Assembly (NCBI GenBank): GCA_021776055.1
Contig: JAJFGP010000144.1
Location: 865 to 64,864 of the forward strand
DNA length: 64,000 nt
From: Kiloniellaceae bacterium
Lineage (GTDB): Bacteria > Pseudomonadota > Alphaproteobacteria > Kiloniellales > J153
Reading direction: 5' to 3'
This document shows, piece after piece, positions 47,385 through 56,227 of the stretch (position 1 is the stretch's first letter; the number at the start of each line of letters is the position of its first letter). The notes below the pieces were generated by a model. The model worked only from the letters and a program-made list of their open reading frames with translations. It searched no databases and was not told the DNA's origin. Position numbers and translations under genes: made by a program.

Positions 47385-48981
47385 GCGCCATCTTTATATC
47401 CACCGAATAGCTGCGTGATCCCGAAGCTAACCAGCTCGCCACCGAGGTCACTTCCCGATTGTAGGCGTCCCATTTGCCTTCCGTAATCTGGCGGATCACA
47501 AACCGCGGTACTTCAGGACCCGTCGAATCGCAGACGAGATGCATGAGTCCCGCATCTTCGGGGTGGGGCGCCATGGCGAGATAAGCGAACGCGGCCGCCT
47601 CGTCCTGCTTCTCCTGTGGTGGCTTCGCAAGAAGCGCGGCGTTGCGGAGAAGCCGCACATAGTCTTCGCGATCCGCCGCCTCGTGGGTAAGCCGCCAATC
47701 TGAGTAATAGCTGCGGTCGGCGGCAATGACCGGCGTGCCATTCGCCACCGCTTCGATGCCTATTGTGCCGTACACAGTGACCGCAACGTCGGCGCCCGCA
47801 AGGCTGGTCGCCGAGTCTGTTTTTTCGGGAAGGATGCGGACATGGTCCGGCAAATCGCCGGCCGCGTCCGCCAAGTGAAACCCACCGTACCAACTCTCAA
47901 GCGGATGCGGCTTGAGGAACCAGATGACATCCTCGACACCGCGAATGGTCTCGATGGTGAGCGTGATCCAGTCTTTGAAGTCGGAAAAATTCGCGAGGTC
48001 CTGATTATGCGGAAAGTCGCACCATGCATGGGCGCAGACCAGAGCAATTGGTCGGTCGTTATCGACGCCCAACACCCGACGGGCGCGCGTTCGGTCAAGT
48101 TCGCGGCAATTCGGATTGAAGGCGCGGCTGCCGTTTATATCAGTCGTGTTTCCTTCAATCCGCTCGGCGAGATACGCGCGGCCACGCGCTTTGATGTTGT
48201 CACGCAGGCTAGGTGACAGCGCGTGGAAGGCCGCATATTCGAGTTTCTCCTTCCTGTCGGCATAGTCGTCCGGACTGCGGAACCGCAGAATTCGGAGGGA
48301 TTCGTAATAGGCGGTTAGGTGATAGGTCGGCACGCCACGGCTGAGCGCCATCCAGAATCCGGTGCCGTACTCGTTCTTCCACGGGTGACTGAAGAGTACG
48401 TGGGCGAGTTTGTTTCCATCGAAGAACCGCTCGTAGACGGCGAGGTCTCGGAGGGCTTCGCTTAGATGGCGCTCCCACACATCCGAGGCGAGCGACGGTT
48501 GCGGGTGGCACGCCTCCTTGAGTGCGGTGTCGTAGAATATGTGAGCCGGCATCCCGTGCGGCAGGTCGAGCGCGAGCACGTCGCTGTGCGAGCGGACACC
48601 GCTTAGTAGACGACGCGCCTGGGGCTGGAAGGTCTCGGCTTTCGGCCCGGACTCTTCGAGGATCAGAAAGTCGCGCACGCCGAGCGCCTCGAGCGAGCGA
48701 CGGGCGGCCCGCTCGCGGCTGTTGCGGATCACGCCGACCAGGCGGAAGGCCTCTTTGCGCGAGACGGCGTCGAGGAACAATCGGAGCCGGAAGTAGTGGT
48801 TCGGCGAATTGTACATGCCGTCGACGAGCACCACGCGCTCTGCCGTCGGATCGCTCAGCGGCCCGAGCGAGGCCAGCGCACGGTTCGACTCCTCGCGCAG
48901 CCGGAGATACTCGCGCCGCGCCCGAAGACGTTGAGGATAGCGCCACCAATGGGATGGTTGCAGGTAACGGTGGCGGGCGAT
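47344..48981 (-). CDS. KpsS-like glycosyltransferase, candidate pseudaminyltransferase
   Basis: WCDFPH, KPHPLE and GTIGIEAVANGTPVI. The frame stays open upstream of GTG 48834 to the pseI stop, with possible ATC start at 48981. Confidence 0.7.
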   Translation of the reverse strand: MARHRYLQPSHWWRYPQRLRARREYLRLREESNRALASLGPLSDPTAERVVLVDGMYNSPNHYFRLRLFLDAVSRKEAFRLVGVIRNSRERAARRSLEALGVRDFLILEESGPKAETFQPQARRLLSGVRSHSDVLALDLPHGMPAHIFYDTALKEACHPQPSLASDVWERHLSEALRDLAVYERFFDGNKLAHVLFSHPWKNEYGTGFWMALSRGVPTYHLTAYYESLRILRFRSPDDYADRKEKLEYAAFHALSPSLRDNIKARGRAYLAERIEGNTTDINGSRAFNPNCRELDRTRARRVLGVDNDRPIALVCAHAWCDFPHNQDLANFSDFKDWITLTIETIRGVEDVIWFLKPHPLESWYGGFHLADAAGDLPDHVRILPEKTDSATSLAGADVAVTVYGTIGIEAVANGTPVIAADRSYYSDWRLTHEAADREDYVRLLRNAALLAKPPQEKQDEAAAFAYLAMAPHPEDAGLMHLVCDSTGPEVPRFVIRQITEGKWDAYNREVTSVASWLASGSRSYSVDIKMAHVLAQADAERASA

Positions 48982-48983
48982 AA

Positions 48984-50063
48984 CTACAACACTCCGTTCT
49001 TGGTGTCGGAAAACGCACTCACATGATGGCTTGCGAGCGGCGTACCGCGCTTGAGGTCCGCCGTCGCCCGCTCGCCGAGCACGCGGCGCAGCAGCTTGGG
49101 CGCGAGCCCGTATCCTGGCCGGATCGAACGGACATTGTCCTTGGTGAAGACGTCGCCCGCCGAGATGTCGGCGACCACGTAGAGTGACCGTCTGAGGACG
49201 GTATTCGGTTTCTCGCTCGCCGGACTCTCTCCAGGCACCGGGTGCATCGCTGCGTGAGCCGCGCGAACATCACGCACGAGCGCGGCAAGCTCGTCGGGTT
49301 CCAACGAAAACGCGGCGTCCGGTCCGCCGTCAGCGCGGTCGAGGGTTACATGTTTCTCGATCGCAACAGCGCCGAGGGCCGCGGCGGCAACCGCGACCGC
49401 GTTCCCCAGGGTATGGTCGGAGAGTCCGACGAGAGCCCCGTGAGACGCGCGAAGTCGAGCCATGCGAGGCAAATTGGCTTCTTCAGCCTGCGTCGGGTAA
49501 CCACTCACACAATGGAGCAGTATTAAACCCGGTGCGCCAGCGCGGCCAACGGCTTCAACCGCATCACTCACGTCCCCGTCCGACGCCATGCCGGTCGAAA
49601 CGATCAAGGGTTTTCCCGTCGCCGCCGCATATTCGATCAGGGGGATGTCGACGATCTCGAACGAGGCAATCTTGTAAGCTGGCGCATTCAGGCTCTCAAG
49701 CAGGTCGACGGCAGTCGGATCGAACGGCGACGAGAACGGAATTATGCCGATTTGCCGCGCATGCTCGAACAAGGCCGGATGCCAATCCCACGGCGTATGC
49801 GCCTCGCGGTAGAGGTCGTGGAGAGACCGGCCGTCCCACAGCCCGCCCTCGATTACGAAACCGGGCCCATGATGGTCGATTGTGATGGTATCGGCCGTGT
49901 AGGTCTGGAACTTCACCGCGTCGGCGCCTGCCTGCTTGGCCGCATCGATCAGGCGGAAGGCGCGCTCGATCTCGCCGTTGTGGTTACCCGATATTTCGGC
50001 GATGACGAACGGCGGTTCAGAGTCACAGATGGATCGTCCCGCGATTGAGATTGTCGTCGTCAT
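48984..50063 (-). CDS. pseI: Pseudaminic acid synthase
   Basis: IAEISGNHNG, KFQTYTADTIT, WDGRSLHDLY.EAHTPWDW, KIASFE, GLSDHT and SAF domain RSIRPG.GL.P. ATG 50063. Confidence 0.93.
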   Translation of the reverse strand: MTTTISIAGRSICDSEPPFVIAEISGNHNGEIERAFRLIDAAKQAGADAVKFQTYTADTITIDHHGPGFVIEGGLWDGRSLHDLYREAHTPWDWHPALFEHARQIGIIPFSSPFDPTAVDLLESLNAPAYKIASFEIVDIPLIEYAAATGKPLIVSTGMASDGDVSDAVEAVGRAGAPGLILLHCVSGYPTQAEEANLPRMARLRASHGALVGLSDHTLGNAVAVAAAALGAVAIEKHVTLDRADGGPDAAFSLEPDELAALVRDVRAAHAAMHPVPGESPASEKPNTVLRRSLYVVADISAGDVFTKDNVRSIRPGYGLAPKLLRRVLGERATADLKRGTPLASHHVSAFSDTKNGVL

Positions 50064-50064
50064 G

Positions 50065-51504
50065 TCAACCGCTGCTCGAACCTTGCCGAAAATAGTCTTC
50101 ACCCGCGGGCCGGTAGCCGGCTGCCTGGAATAGGGCGAGCGACGCGGCATTCTCCGGCTTTACGTAGGCGATGATATCGCCGCCCGGCACCAAGTCGCGG
50201 GCTAGTCCAAGAGCAGCCTGCGCGACGCCCGTACGCCGTTCTTCGGGGGCGGTGACGATGGAAACTTCGCGGCTCTCCAAGACGCGATCCAGCCGCACAA
50301 ACCCACATGGCTGTTCGCCATGTTCGACCATGGTGAACAGGCAATCGTCGTCCTCAAGCTTGGCCTCAAGCCACGCGACATGTTCGTCCCAGGCGGGCGG
50401 TTCTGGGTTGCGGGCGTACCGTCGCGTCTCCGGGTTGCGTTGCCAGGAAAACAGAATTTCTGCATCGCTGGCTTCGGTAGCCCTCAGTCTCACCGGCGCA
50501 CCGTCCCGTGCCACACGAGGCGGCACCACCGCTGCCGCCGCCCGGAAAGCGCCGCGTCCGTCGCAGAGCTCGGCTGCTCGCCGGCTCATGGCGCTCAAGG
50601 CGTGCTCGTCCTGCGCGATGGTTGAGATAGCCTCGGCGAGTACATCTACACTTAGCATCTCCACCGAACCCACATATCGAGCGGCGCCGTCGCGTTCGAG
50701 CGCGGCGGCGTTGTCACGCTGATTTTCGGCGACCGTGACAACCAGAGATGGCAGGCCGATCACGCAGCGCTCCCAGGTGCTACCCCCTGCGGCCCCGATG
50801 GCAAGGTCGGCGGCGATCATTCGCTCGGCCATGGCCGCGCCATCCAGGTCAACGTGAACGGTGATATATCCAGCGGGATGCGTTCCTGCCATTTCCTTCA
50901 GGCGGGTGAGGTTGGATGCCGCAGCGCCGAGCACCACATCGATTCGCGCTTGCGGCAACGCGTGCATCACAGCGGCCACAGCGAGCGAGGCGAGATCGTG
51001 AGGATCGGTCTGGCCTGGCGCGATGAGCACCCGGTCAACCGAAAGCCGGGTTCGGGCACGCCGCCGCGCAAGTCGGAACTCCGGACGTAGGAGGGCATGA
51101 TTCGGGCCGAGAAGGAGACGACAGCCATCTGGAACCTTGCCGGCATATTCGTCGACTGTCCGGCCCGGCGTGGGGTCGAGCAGCACATCACAATCATGGT
51201 GCCTGTCCGCCAGGTCGTCCATTGCCATCAAGACAAGCGCCTTGCCGCGAAGCGCGCGCTCGGCCTCGGCATCTCTCGCGTAGTCGTCGACGACGACGAG
51301 CGTCGCGCCAAAGTCATCACTATTAGTCAGGAATTCTTCTTCCAGGAATGGCACCGTCGCAGGCGCCTGAGGGTTGACCTGGAACCCCGGCCGCCAGCCG
51401 AGCACGGCGAGCTGACGGGCGAGCGCATGACAACGCACGACATGACCGCCACCAATCTCCGGTGAGGCCTGACAGACGAACAAGACGCATGGCTCACCGC
51501 TCAT
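50065..51504 (-). CDS. pseG: PseG hydrolase fused to a PseH-like GNAT acetyltransferase
   Basis: GGGHVVRC, VDDY, DDL, GAAGGSTWER and NQ (PseG); C-terminal WQRNP..R, EHVAW, GFVRLD and NAASLALF..AGY (GNAT). Confidence 0.88.
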   Translation of the reverse strand: MSGEPCVLFVCQASPEIGGGHVVRCHALARQLAVLGWRPGFQVNPQAPATVPFLEEEFLTNSDDFGATLVVVDDYARDAEAERALRGKALVLMAMDDLADRHHDCDVLLDPTPGRTVDEYAGKVPDGCRLLLGPNHALLRPEFRLARRRARTRLSVDRVLIAPGQTDPHDLASLAVAAVMHALPQARIDVVLGAAASNLTRLKEMAGTHPAGYITVHVDLDGAAMAERMIAADLAIGAAGGSTWERCVIGLPSLVVTVAENQRDNAAALERDGAARYVGSVEMLSVDVLAEAISTIAQDEHALSAMSRRAAELCDGRGAFRAAAAVVPPRVARDGAPVRLRATEASDAEILFSWQRNPETRRYARNPEPPAWDEHVAWLEAKLEDDDCLFTMVEHGEQPCGFVRLDRVLESREVSIVTAPEERRTGVAQAALGLARDLVPGGDIIAYVKPENAASLALFQAAGYRPAGEDYFRQGSSSG

Positions 51505-52142
51505 GAGTTCTTTCGGAAGACCCACCAAGTGAGGTTGTCGAGCCCCGTCGCGCGCTTCCAAAAAAAGCCGTAATCGACCAACGATAAAGTGGGGAAGCTG
51601 TTCATCCAGAGCTCGCCGAAGTCGCGTTTGAACAGAAGGCCGTCCTGATTGCGATACCGAACCTCTTCCGGCGTATCTGAGAAATACTCAATGCAGGCGA
51701 TGTACTTGTTCGAGACGCGATAAATTTCCGTGCAGGCCGCGCCCAAATCTGCCGGCGAGATGTGAATCAACACCCCGCTCGTAAACACCATGTCAGCGGC
51801 ACCATCGGGCAAATCAATCGACTGGGCGACGCCATCGTAGATATCATCCGCCGCCAGCACATCATCGGCAATGAGGCGCTTTCGCGCTGACTCATTGGGT
51901 TCAATCGCCATCAAACGAGCGTCCGTGAGATCGCCCAGCGCACGCAGATTGAGGCCAATATTAGCACCGACCTCAAATATGCTGGTCGGTGGATCGCCGC
52001 TCAGAGGGGCGAGGATTTCGCGCCACATGCCGCGCCGTGTTTCCATGATCTCCGGCACCGGCGCATTCCGTTCGACGTAGGCATCGCCGAAGTCACCCTG
52101 CCATGCATCGAGTTGTTGTGACGGGATATCTTTCTTACCCAT
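51501..52142 (-). CDS. Pseudaminic acid biosynthesis-associated methylase
   Basis: WQGDFGDAY..RN, EVGANIGLN, GVLIHI, EYF, LFKRDF and DYGF. Confidence 0.9.
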   Translation of the reverse strand: MGKKDIPSQQLDAWQGDFGDAYVERNAPVPEIMETRRGMWREILAPLSGDPPTSIFEVGANIGLNLRALGDLTDARLMAIEPNESARKRLIADDVLAADDIYDGVAQSIDLPDGAADMVFTSGVLIHISPADLGAACTEIYRVSNKYIACIEYFSDTPEEVRYRNQDGLLFKRDFGELWMNSFPTLSLVDYGFFWKRATGLDNLTWWVFRKNS

Positions 52143-52893
52143 GAGCTTGGCCGTGCAATTGAGAGGCTGTACAGCCGCGCGCGCGATCGATGTGCGCCGC
52201 ATTCATAGCCGTGATCTCGGGATGTCGTTCGAGTACCGCTAAAACGTCGCCGTACCCAGGAAGCTCGCCCGGTAGATGAGCGGACAACGCCGTGAGAAAT
52301 TCGAAATCCTCGGGGTAGTCCAACGTCCAGCGCATGCCCTCGACACCGTGACCAGGTCCGGCGAAATTAGCGTGCCGGATATCGTCTCGCGTGCGCAGCC
52401 AAGGGGTTACGTGTTCTCGCTCGTGGGAAGTCCGCGCTTCCCGCGAGGCACGATTGAGGGCCCCGATGGTAAACGCCTCGCAGTCCAGGCCATGGGGCCA
52501 GCTCGGCGGCATGTTGTTGCAGGCGTAGTCGGCGTCTTCCTTTGTCCGCAACGCGAGAACCTTCGAGCAAATCTCTGGATCGATCAACGGGCAGTCGCTG
52601 GTCACCCGCATGACAACCTTGGCACGGACAACCTCGGCCGCTTGGCGATAGCGATCAAGCACATCACGTTCCGAGCCACGGACGACGACGGTCCCACAGC
52701 GCTCTGCTTCCTCGGCCACCGGATCGGAATCGCCGGTATCAGGGATCGCGCAGCACACGACATCTGCGTTGCTTATGGCGTTGCACCGCTCCAAAACGTG
52801 CGACAGTACGGTGCGACCGGCCAAGTTCAGAAGGACCTTGCCGGGCAACCGGGTCGATCCCATGCGGGCCTGCACGATGACCGCCGTTGTCAT
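52135..52893 (-). CDS. SpsF-type cytidylyltransferase (probable CMP-Pse synthetase)
   Basis: QARMGSTRLPGKVL, RGSE.DVL.RY, RVTSDCP, REHVT and RWTLDYPED. Confidence 0.88.
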   Translation of the reverse strand: MTTAVIVQARMGSTRLPGKVLLNLAGRTVLSHVLERCNAISNADVVCCAIPDTGDSDPVAEEAERCGTVVVRGSERDVLDRYRQAAEVVRAKVVMRVTSDCPLIDPEICSKVLALRTKEDADYACNNMPPSWPHGLDCEAFTIGALNRASREARTSHEREHVTPWLRTRDDIRHANFAGPGHGVEGMRWTLDYPEDFEFLTALSAHLPGELPGYGDVLAVLERHPEITAMNAAHIDRARGCTASQLHGQAHG

Positions 52894-54110
52894 CGCGCCC
52901 CCTTGATCGCACGGCCAAGGCTCTCCACCACCCGATCAACATCGTCGTCCGCCATGGCCGGAAACAGCGGCAGAGACAGGCAACGGGCGTAGTATTTGTC
53001 GGCGCCGGGCAACAAAATCTCGCCGTAACGCTGCTTGTAATATGGCTGATGGTGAACCGGGATGTAATGTACCTGGGTTCCGATGCCGCGTTCGCGCAAA
53101 TCACTCATCAATGCCGCTCGATCCATACCGGCAGCTTTGAAATCGATCAGGACCACGTACAAATGCCAGCCGCTTTCACTATCGACCATGCGCGGGATCG
53201 GCCGCACCACCGGCGCGAGCGGCGCCAAGGCTTTATCGTAGAGCGCGGCGAGTTCGCGACGGCGGGCGAGGAAGCGATCGAGTTTGCCGAGTTGGCTGAG
53301 GCCCAGAGCACAATTGATATCGCTGGCCCGGTAATTGAAGCCCGGCTCGCCCATCTCGTAATACCAGGGGTTAACCGTTCCGCGATCGTCGAAGCCGAGC
53401 GCCTTGTTCTCAAGCCGCACCGGATCGCGCTCCATACCGTGATTCCTAAACCGCTTTAAGCGCTCATAGAGGTCTTGGTGGTTCGTCGTCACCACGCCCC
53501 CTTCGCCCATTGCCACAAGCTTCACCGGATGGAGCGAAAACACGGCCATGTCGCTATGCCGACAGGCGCCAACCGGGACATCGCGATCGTCACCAAAGCG
53601 CGCCACCGCGCCGATCGCGTGGCAGGCGTCCTCGATCACCGCAAGCCCGTGGTCGCGGGCAACCTCGGCGACCATGGCCATATCAACCGATTGGCCGTTC
53701 ATATGGACAGGAACGACAGCCTTCGCCTTACCGCCGGCCCGCGTGAGGGCGGCTGCCAGGCTGGGCTCATCGAGCAGACCGGTGTCGGCGTCAACGTCGG
53801 CGAACGCCACCTCCGCACCGACATACCGCACCGCATTGGCGGTGGCGAGAAAGGTCATGCTGGGGACGATGACGACATCGCCTTCACCGAGGCCGCGCGC
53901 AAGCATGGCGAGATGCAGCCCGGCCGTACCGCTTGAGCAAGCCACGGCGAAGCGTGCGCCGGCGCGTGCCGCAAAGGCCTCTTCGAACGCGGCAACCTTA
54001 GGACCGGTGGTCAGCCAGTCGCCGCGCAGCACTTCGGCGACCGCGGTGATGTCTTCATCATCGATACACTGTCGGCCGTAAGGCAGAACCGGCACGGTGG
54101 CGGCGTTCAA
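52890..54110 (-). CDS. pseC: UDP-4-amino-4,6-dideoxy-N-acetyl-beta-L-altrosamine transaminase
   Basis: PYGRQ.I, LTTGP, EDACHA, FSLHPVK (PLP Lys), GEGG and VHYIP. TTGA coupling at 54110. Confidence 0.92.
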   Translation of the reverse strand: MNAATVPVLPYGRQCIDDEDITAVAEVLRGDWLTTGPKVAAFEEAFAARAGARFAVACSSGTAGLHLAMLARGLGEGDVVIVPSMTFLATANAVRYVGAEVAFADVDADTGLLDEPSLAAALTRAGGKAKAVVPVHMNGQSVDMAMVAEVARDHGLAVIEDACHAIGAVARFGDDRDVPVGACRHSDMAVFSLHPVKLVAMGEGGVVTTNHQDLYERLKRFRNHGMERDPVRLENKALGFDDRGTVNPWYYEMGEPGFNYRASDINCALGLSQLGKLDRFLARRRELAALYDKALAPLAPVVRPIPRMVDSESGWHLYVVLIDFKAAGMDRAALMSDLRERGIGTQVHYIPVHHQPYYKQRYGEILLPGADKYYARCLSLPLFPAMADDDVDRVVESLGRAIKGAR

Positions 54111-55144
54111 TTCTCGACCTCGCGCATCATGGCCTCCATACCTTCGGCATCGAGCCATTCGTCGTTGGTGTCGCTGGCATACTGAAAGTCTTCCGCCACC
54201 GGCGCCGCGCCGTTGGCCGTGTAGTTTCCGCCGTCCCAGAAGGCGTGCGCAGGTTCGATCACATAGCGATCTTCGAGGGCAAGCGTGTTGCGCGCGTCGT
54301 CAATGGTGATCATCACCTCGTGGAGTTTTTCACCGGGACGAATGCCGATCACTTCGGTCGGTAGGCCGGGGCCAATCGCTTGGGCTATATCGGTGATGTG
54401 CGTTGACGGGATCTTGGGTACGAAGATTTCGCCGCCTTGCATCATGGCGAGTGACGAGAGCACAAAATTGACGCCCTGGGGAAGCCCGATCCAAAAACGT
54501 GTCATGCGAAGATCGGTGATCGGCAGGCTCTTAGCGCCTTCGGCAACCATCTCTCGAAACAGCGGTACCACACTGCCGCGCGAACCGAACACGTTGCCAT
54601 AGCGCACCACCGAGAAGCGCGGCCCGCCGCGGCCGCTCAGATTGTTCGCGGCAACGAAGATCTTGTCGGAGGCTAGCTTGCTTGCGCCGTAGAGATTGAT
54701 CGGGCTCGCCGCCTTGTCGGTCGACAGGGCGACCACCTTATCGATATTGCAGCGAATCGCTGCCTTGACCACGTTCTCGGCGCCCATAACGTTGGTGTGG
54801 ATGCATTCGAACGGGTTGTACTCAGCGGTCGGGACATGCTTGAGCGCGGCGGCATGCACCACGTAGTCGACATCGCGCATAGCAAGTTCGAGTCGGTCCA
54901 TATCACGCACATCGCCGATGAAATAACGCATGCATGGGTGCGCCTTGATGCTGAACTGGCGCTCCATCTCATATTGCTTCTGCTCGTCACGCGAGAATAC
55001 GATGAGGCGCCGCGGCGCGTAGCGCGCCAGCACTGCCTTGACTAGCGCGCGGCCGAATGAGCCGGTGCCGCCGGTGATCAACAAATCCTTGCCATCGAGG
55101 TCGACGGTGGGTGAATCGAAGGGGCGCAGGGGGGCTGGCATCAT
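54107..55144 (-). CDS. pseB: UDP-N-acetylglucosamine 4,6-dehydratase (inverting)
   Basis: TGGTGSFG, SRDEQKQ, AALKHVP.AEYNP, STDKA..PINLYGASK and RPGEKLHE. Confidence 0.95.
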   Translation of the reverse strand: MMPAPLRPFDSPTVDLDGKDLLITGGTGSFGRALVKAVLARYAPRRLIVFSRDEQKQYEMERQFSIKAHPCMRYFIGDVRDMDRLELAMRDVDYVVHAAALKHVPTAEYNPFECIHTNVMGAENVVKAAIRCNIDKVVALSTDKAASPINLYGASKLASDKIFVAANNLSGRGGPRFSVVRYGNVFGSRGSVVPLFREMVAEGAKSLPITDLRMTRFWIGLPQGVNFVLSSLAMMQGGEIFVPKIPSTHITDIAQAIGPGLPTEVIGIRPGEKLHEVMITIDDARNTLALEDRYVIEPAHAFWDGGNYTANGAAPVAEDFQYASDTNDEWLDAEGMEAMMREVEN

Positions 55145-55199
55145 CTCAGTTAGTCCGCGCACCGATATCCGGCGAATACATCTTGTTCAGTGGTTTCTC

Positions 55200-55236
55200 C
55201 ACGCTACCGCAGTCCGGGTGAAAACACCCAGACCGC
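55200..55236 (-). promoter_or_regulatory. ops-like element with an adjoining 12-bp hairpin (JUMPStart-like leader)
   Basis: Minus strand TGCGGTAGCGTG (11/12 to GGCGGTAGCGTG) at 55211-55200, preceded by stem GCGGTCTGGGTG-TTTT-CACCCGGACTGC (55236-55209); 55 nt upstream of pseB. Confidence 0.8.
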
Positions 55237-55316
55237 TAAATGTATCTGACCACGTCGCCGCCGCGTCTAGTTTCAGGCGGCCTCGACGGCGTGTATGGGA
55301 GCGACATACCGGCGTT

Positions 55317-55979
55317 TTATGCGTCGGCCTTGCCCGGCCTTCTCGTCAAGCGCAGCACTTTGGGAGCCAGGATGCGGTCATCGGGCAAATATTTGCGCAA
55401 CGCCTCATAGGTCGCCTGGGGGGTTTTGATGTCGGTGAGCAGCACGGCGTCGAAATCCCGCGCGCGCTCTAGGGTCGTGGCCACCGGTAATCCGGCCGCT
55501 CTCGCTCCGTTATAGCCCTGCTCGATTACCAAGGTCAGTTCGACCGGCTGCTCAATGGCCGCCAGAGTGGCTATTTCGGCTAGATCTCCGGCGCCGGCCA
55601 AGGCCAGTCGCCGCCAGCCCCGGGTATGACTGTAAGCGAGGCAGTCGGCGCATTGGGCGCGGGCATTGCGGAAGAAGCCGAGGGACGAAGTGAGATATTC
55701 GCCGACCAGCCGGCTCTTCTCGGAGAAACCCGCCGGCGTCAGGAAATAGGCGTAGCGCTTGGCCGGAACCGCTTGTGCCTTGACCCAGCCCTTGCGGACG
55801 CAGCGCTTGAAATAAGCGTTGGCCAGCCCCACAGCGATGCCGAGACGCAACGCCAGCGAACGCTGGGTCACCGATTGGTCGCCCTCGATTGAACTGAGAA
55901 GCCGCAAGCAGAATTCGCTCTCTAGCGCCTCTTTCGAAACCCGCATTGCCGATGGCGAGCCTTCCATCATGCAGCCCAT
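55317..55979 (-). CDS. EPS-associated MarR-type winged-helix regulator with C-terminal Rossmann-like domain
   Basis: TQRSLA..LGIAVGLAN...KRCVRKGWVK, Y.LTP.GF.EKSRL and LAGAGDLAEIA. Confidence 0.88.
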   Translation of the reverse strand: MGCMMEGSPSAMRVSKEALESEFCLRLLSSIEGDQSVTQRSLALRLGIAVGLANAYFKRCVRKGWVKAQAVPAKRYAYFLTPAGFSEKSRLVGEYLTSSLGFFRNARAQCADCLAYSHTRGWRRLALAGAGDLAEIATLAAIEQPVELTLVIEQGYNGARAAGLPVATTLERARDFDAVLLTDIKTPQATYEALRKYLPDDRILAPKVLRLTRRPGKADA

Positions 55980-56041
55980 GGATTGACATTCATGGCGTGA
56001 ACATTACAGCGTTCATGCCATGAATGTCAATCCATGGGCTG
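55972..56041. repeat. 31-bp inverted repeat (1 mismatch, 8-nt spacer) containing a promoter and two operator-like boxes
   Basis: CAGCCCATGGATTGACATTCATGGCGTGAAC-attacagc-GTTCATGCCATGAATGTCAATCCATGGGCTG; minus-strand TTGACA(56030-56025)-N16-TGTAAT(56008-56003). Confidence 0.9.
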
Positions 56042-56051
56042 GGTGTAGCTG

Positions 56052-56207
56052 GACAAAGATCGCCGGGCACTCCCGGCAGAACTCATCGATCACGGTGAGG
56101 ATCCGGAATGCATTCCCGTCATGGGTGAGATCGGCAACTAAATCGTAGCTCCAGGCATGCCCGTGATGTTGTGGACGGAGTCGCATGCACGGCCCGTCGT
56201 TCAGCCA
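56052..56207 (-). mobile_element. IS3-family (IS407-like) transposase OrfB fragment
   Basis: Translates WLNDGPCMRLRPQHHGHAWSYDLVADLTHDGNAFRILTVIDEFCRECPAI, the W.YD...D start of the IS3 DDE domain. No start codon and no termini seen. Confidence 0.85.
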
Positions 56208-56227
56208 GCTTTGCGAGAAACCGCAGG

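Noticed and set aside
55209-55236. Hairpin as an intrinsic terminator
   Set aside because: No U-tract follows on either strand; it runs directly into the ops-like sequence.
55972-56041. Inverted repeat as a MITE, IS end or CRISPR repeat
   Set aside because: Single copy, no target duplication, no IS3-type TG...CA element around the fragment and no spacers; its content is promoter- and operator-like.
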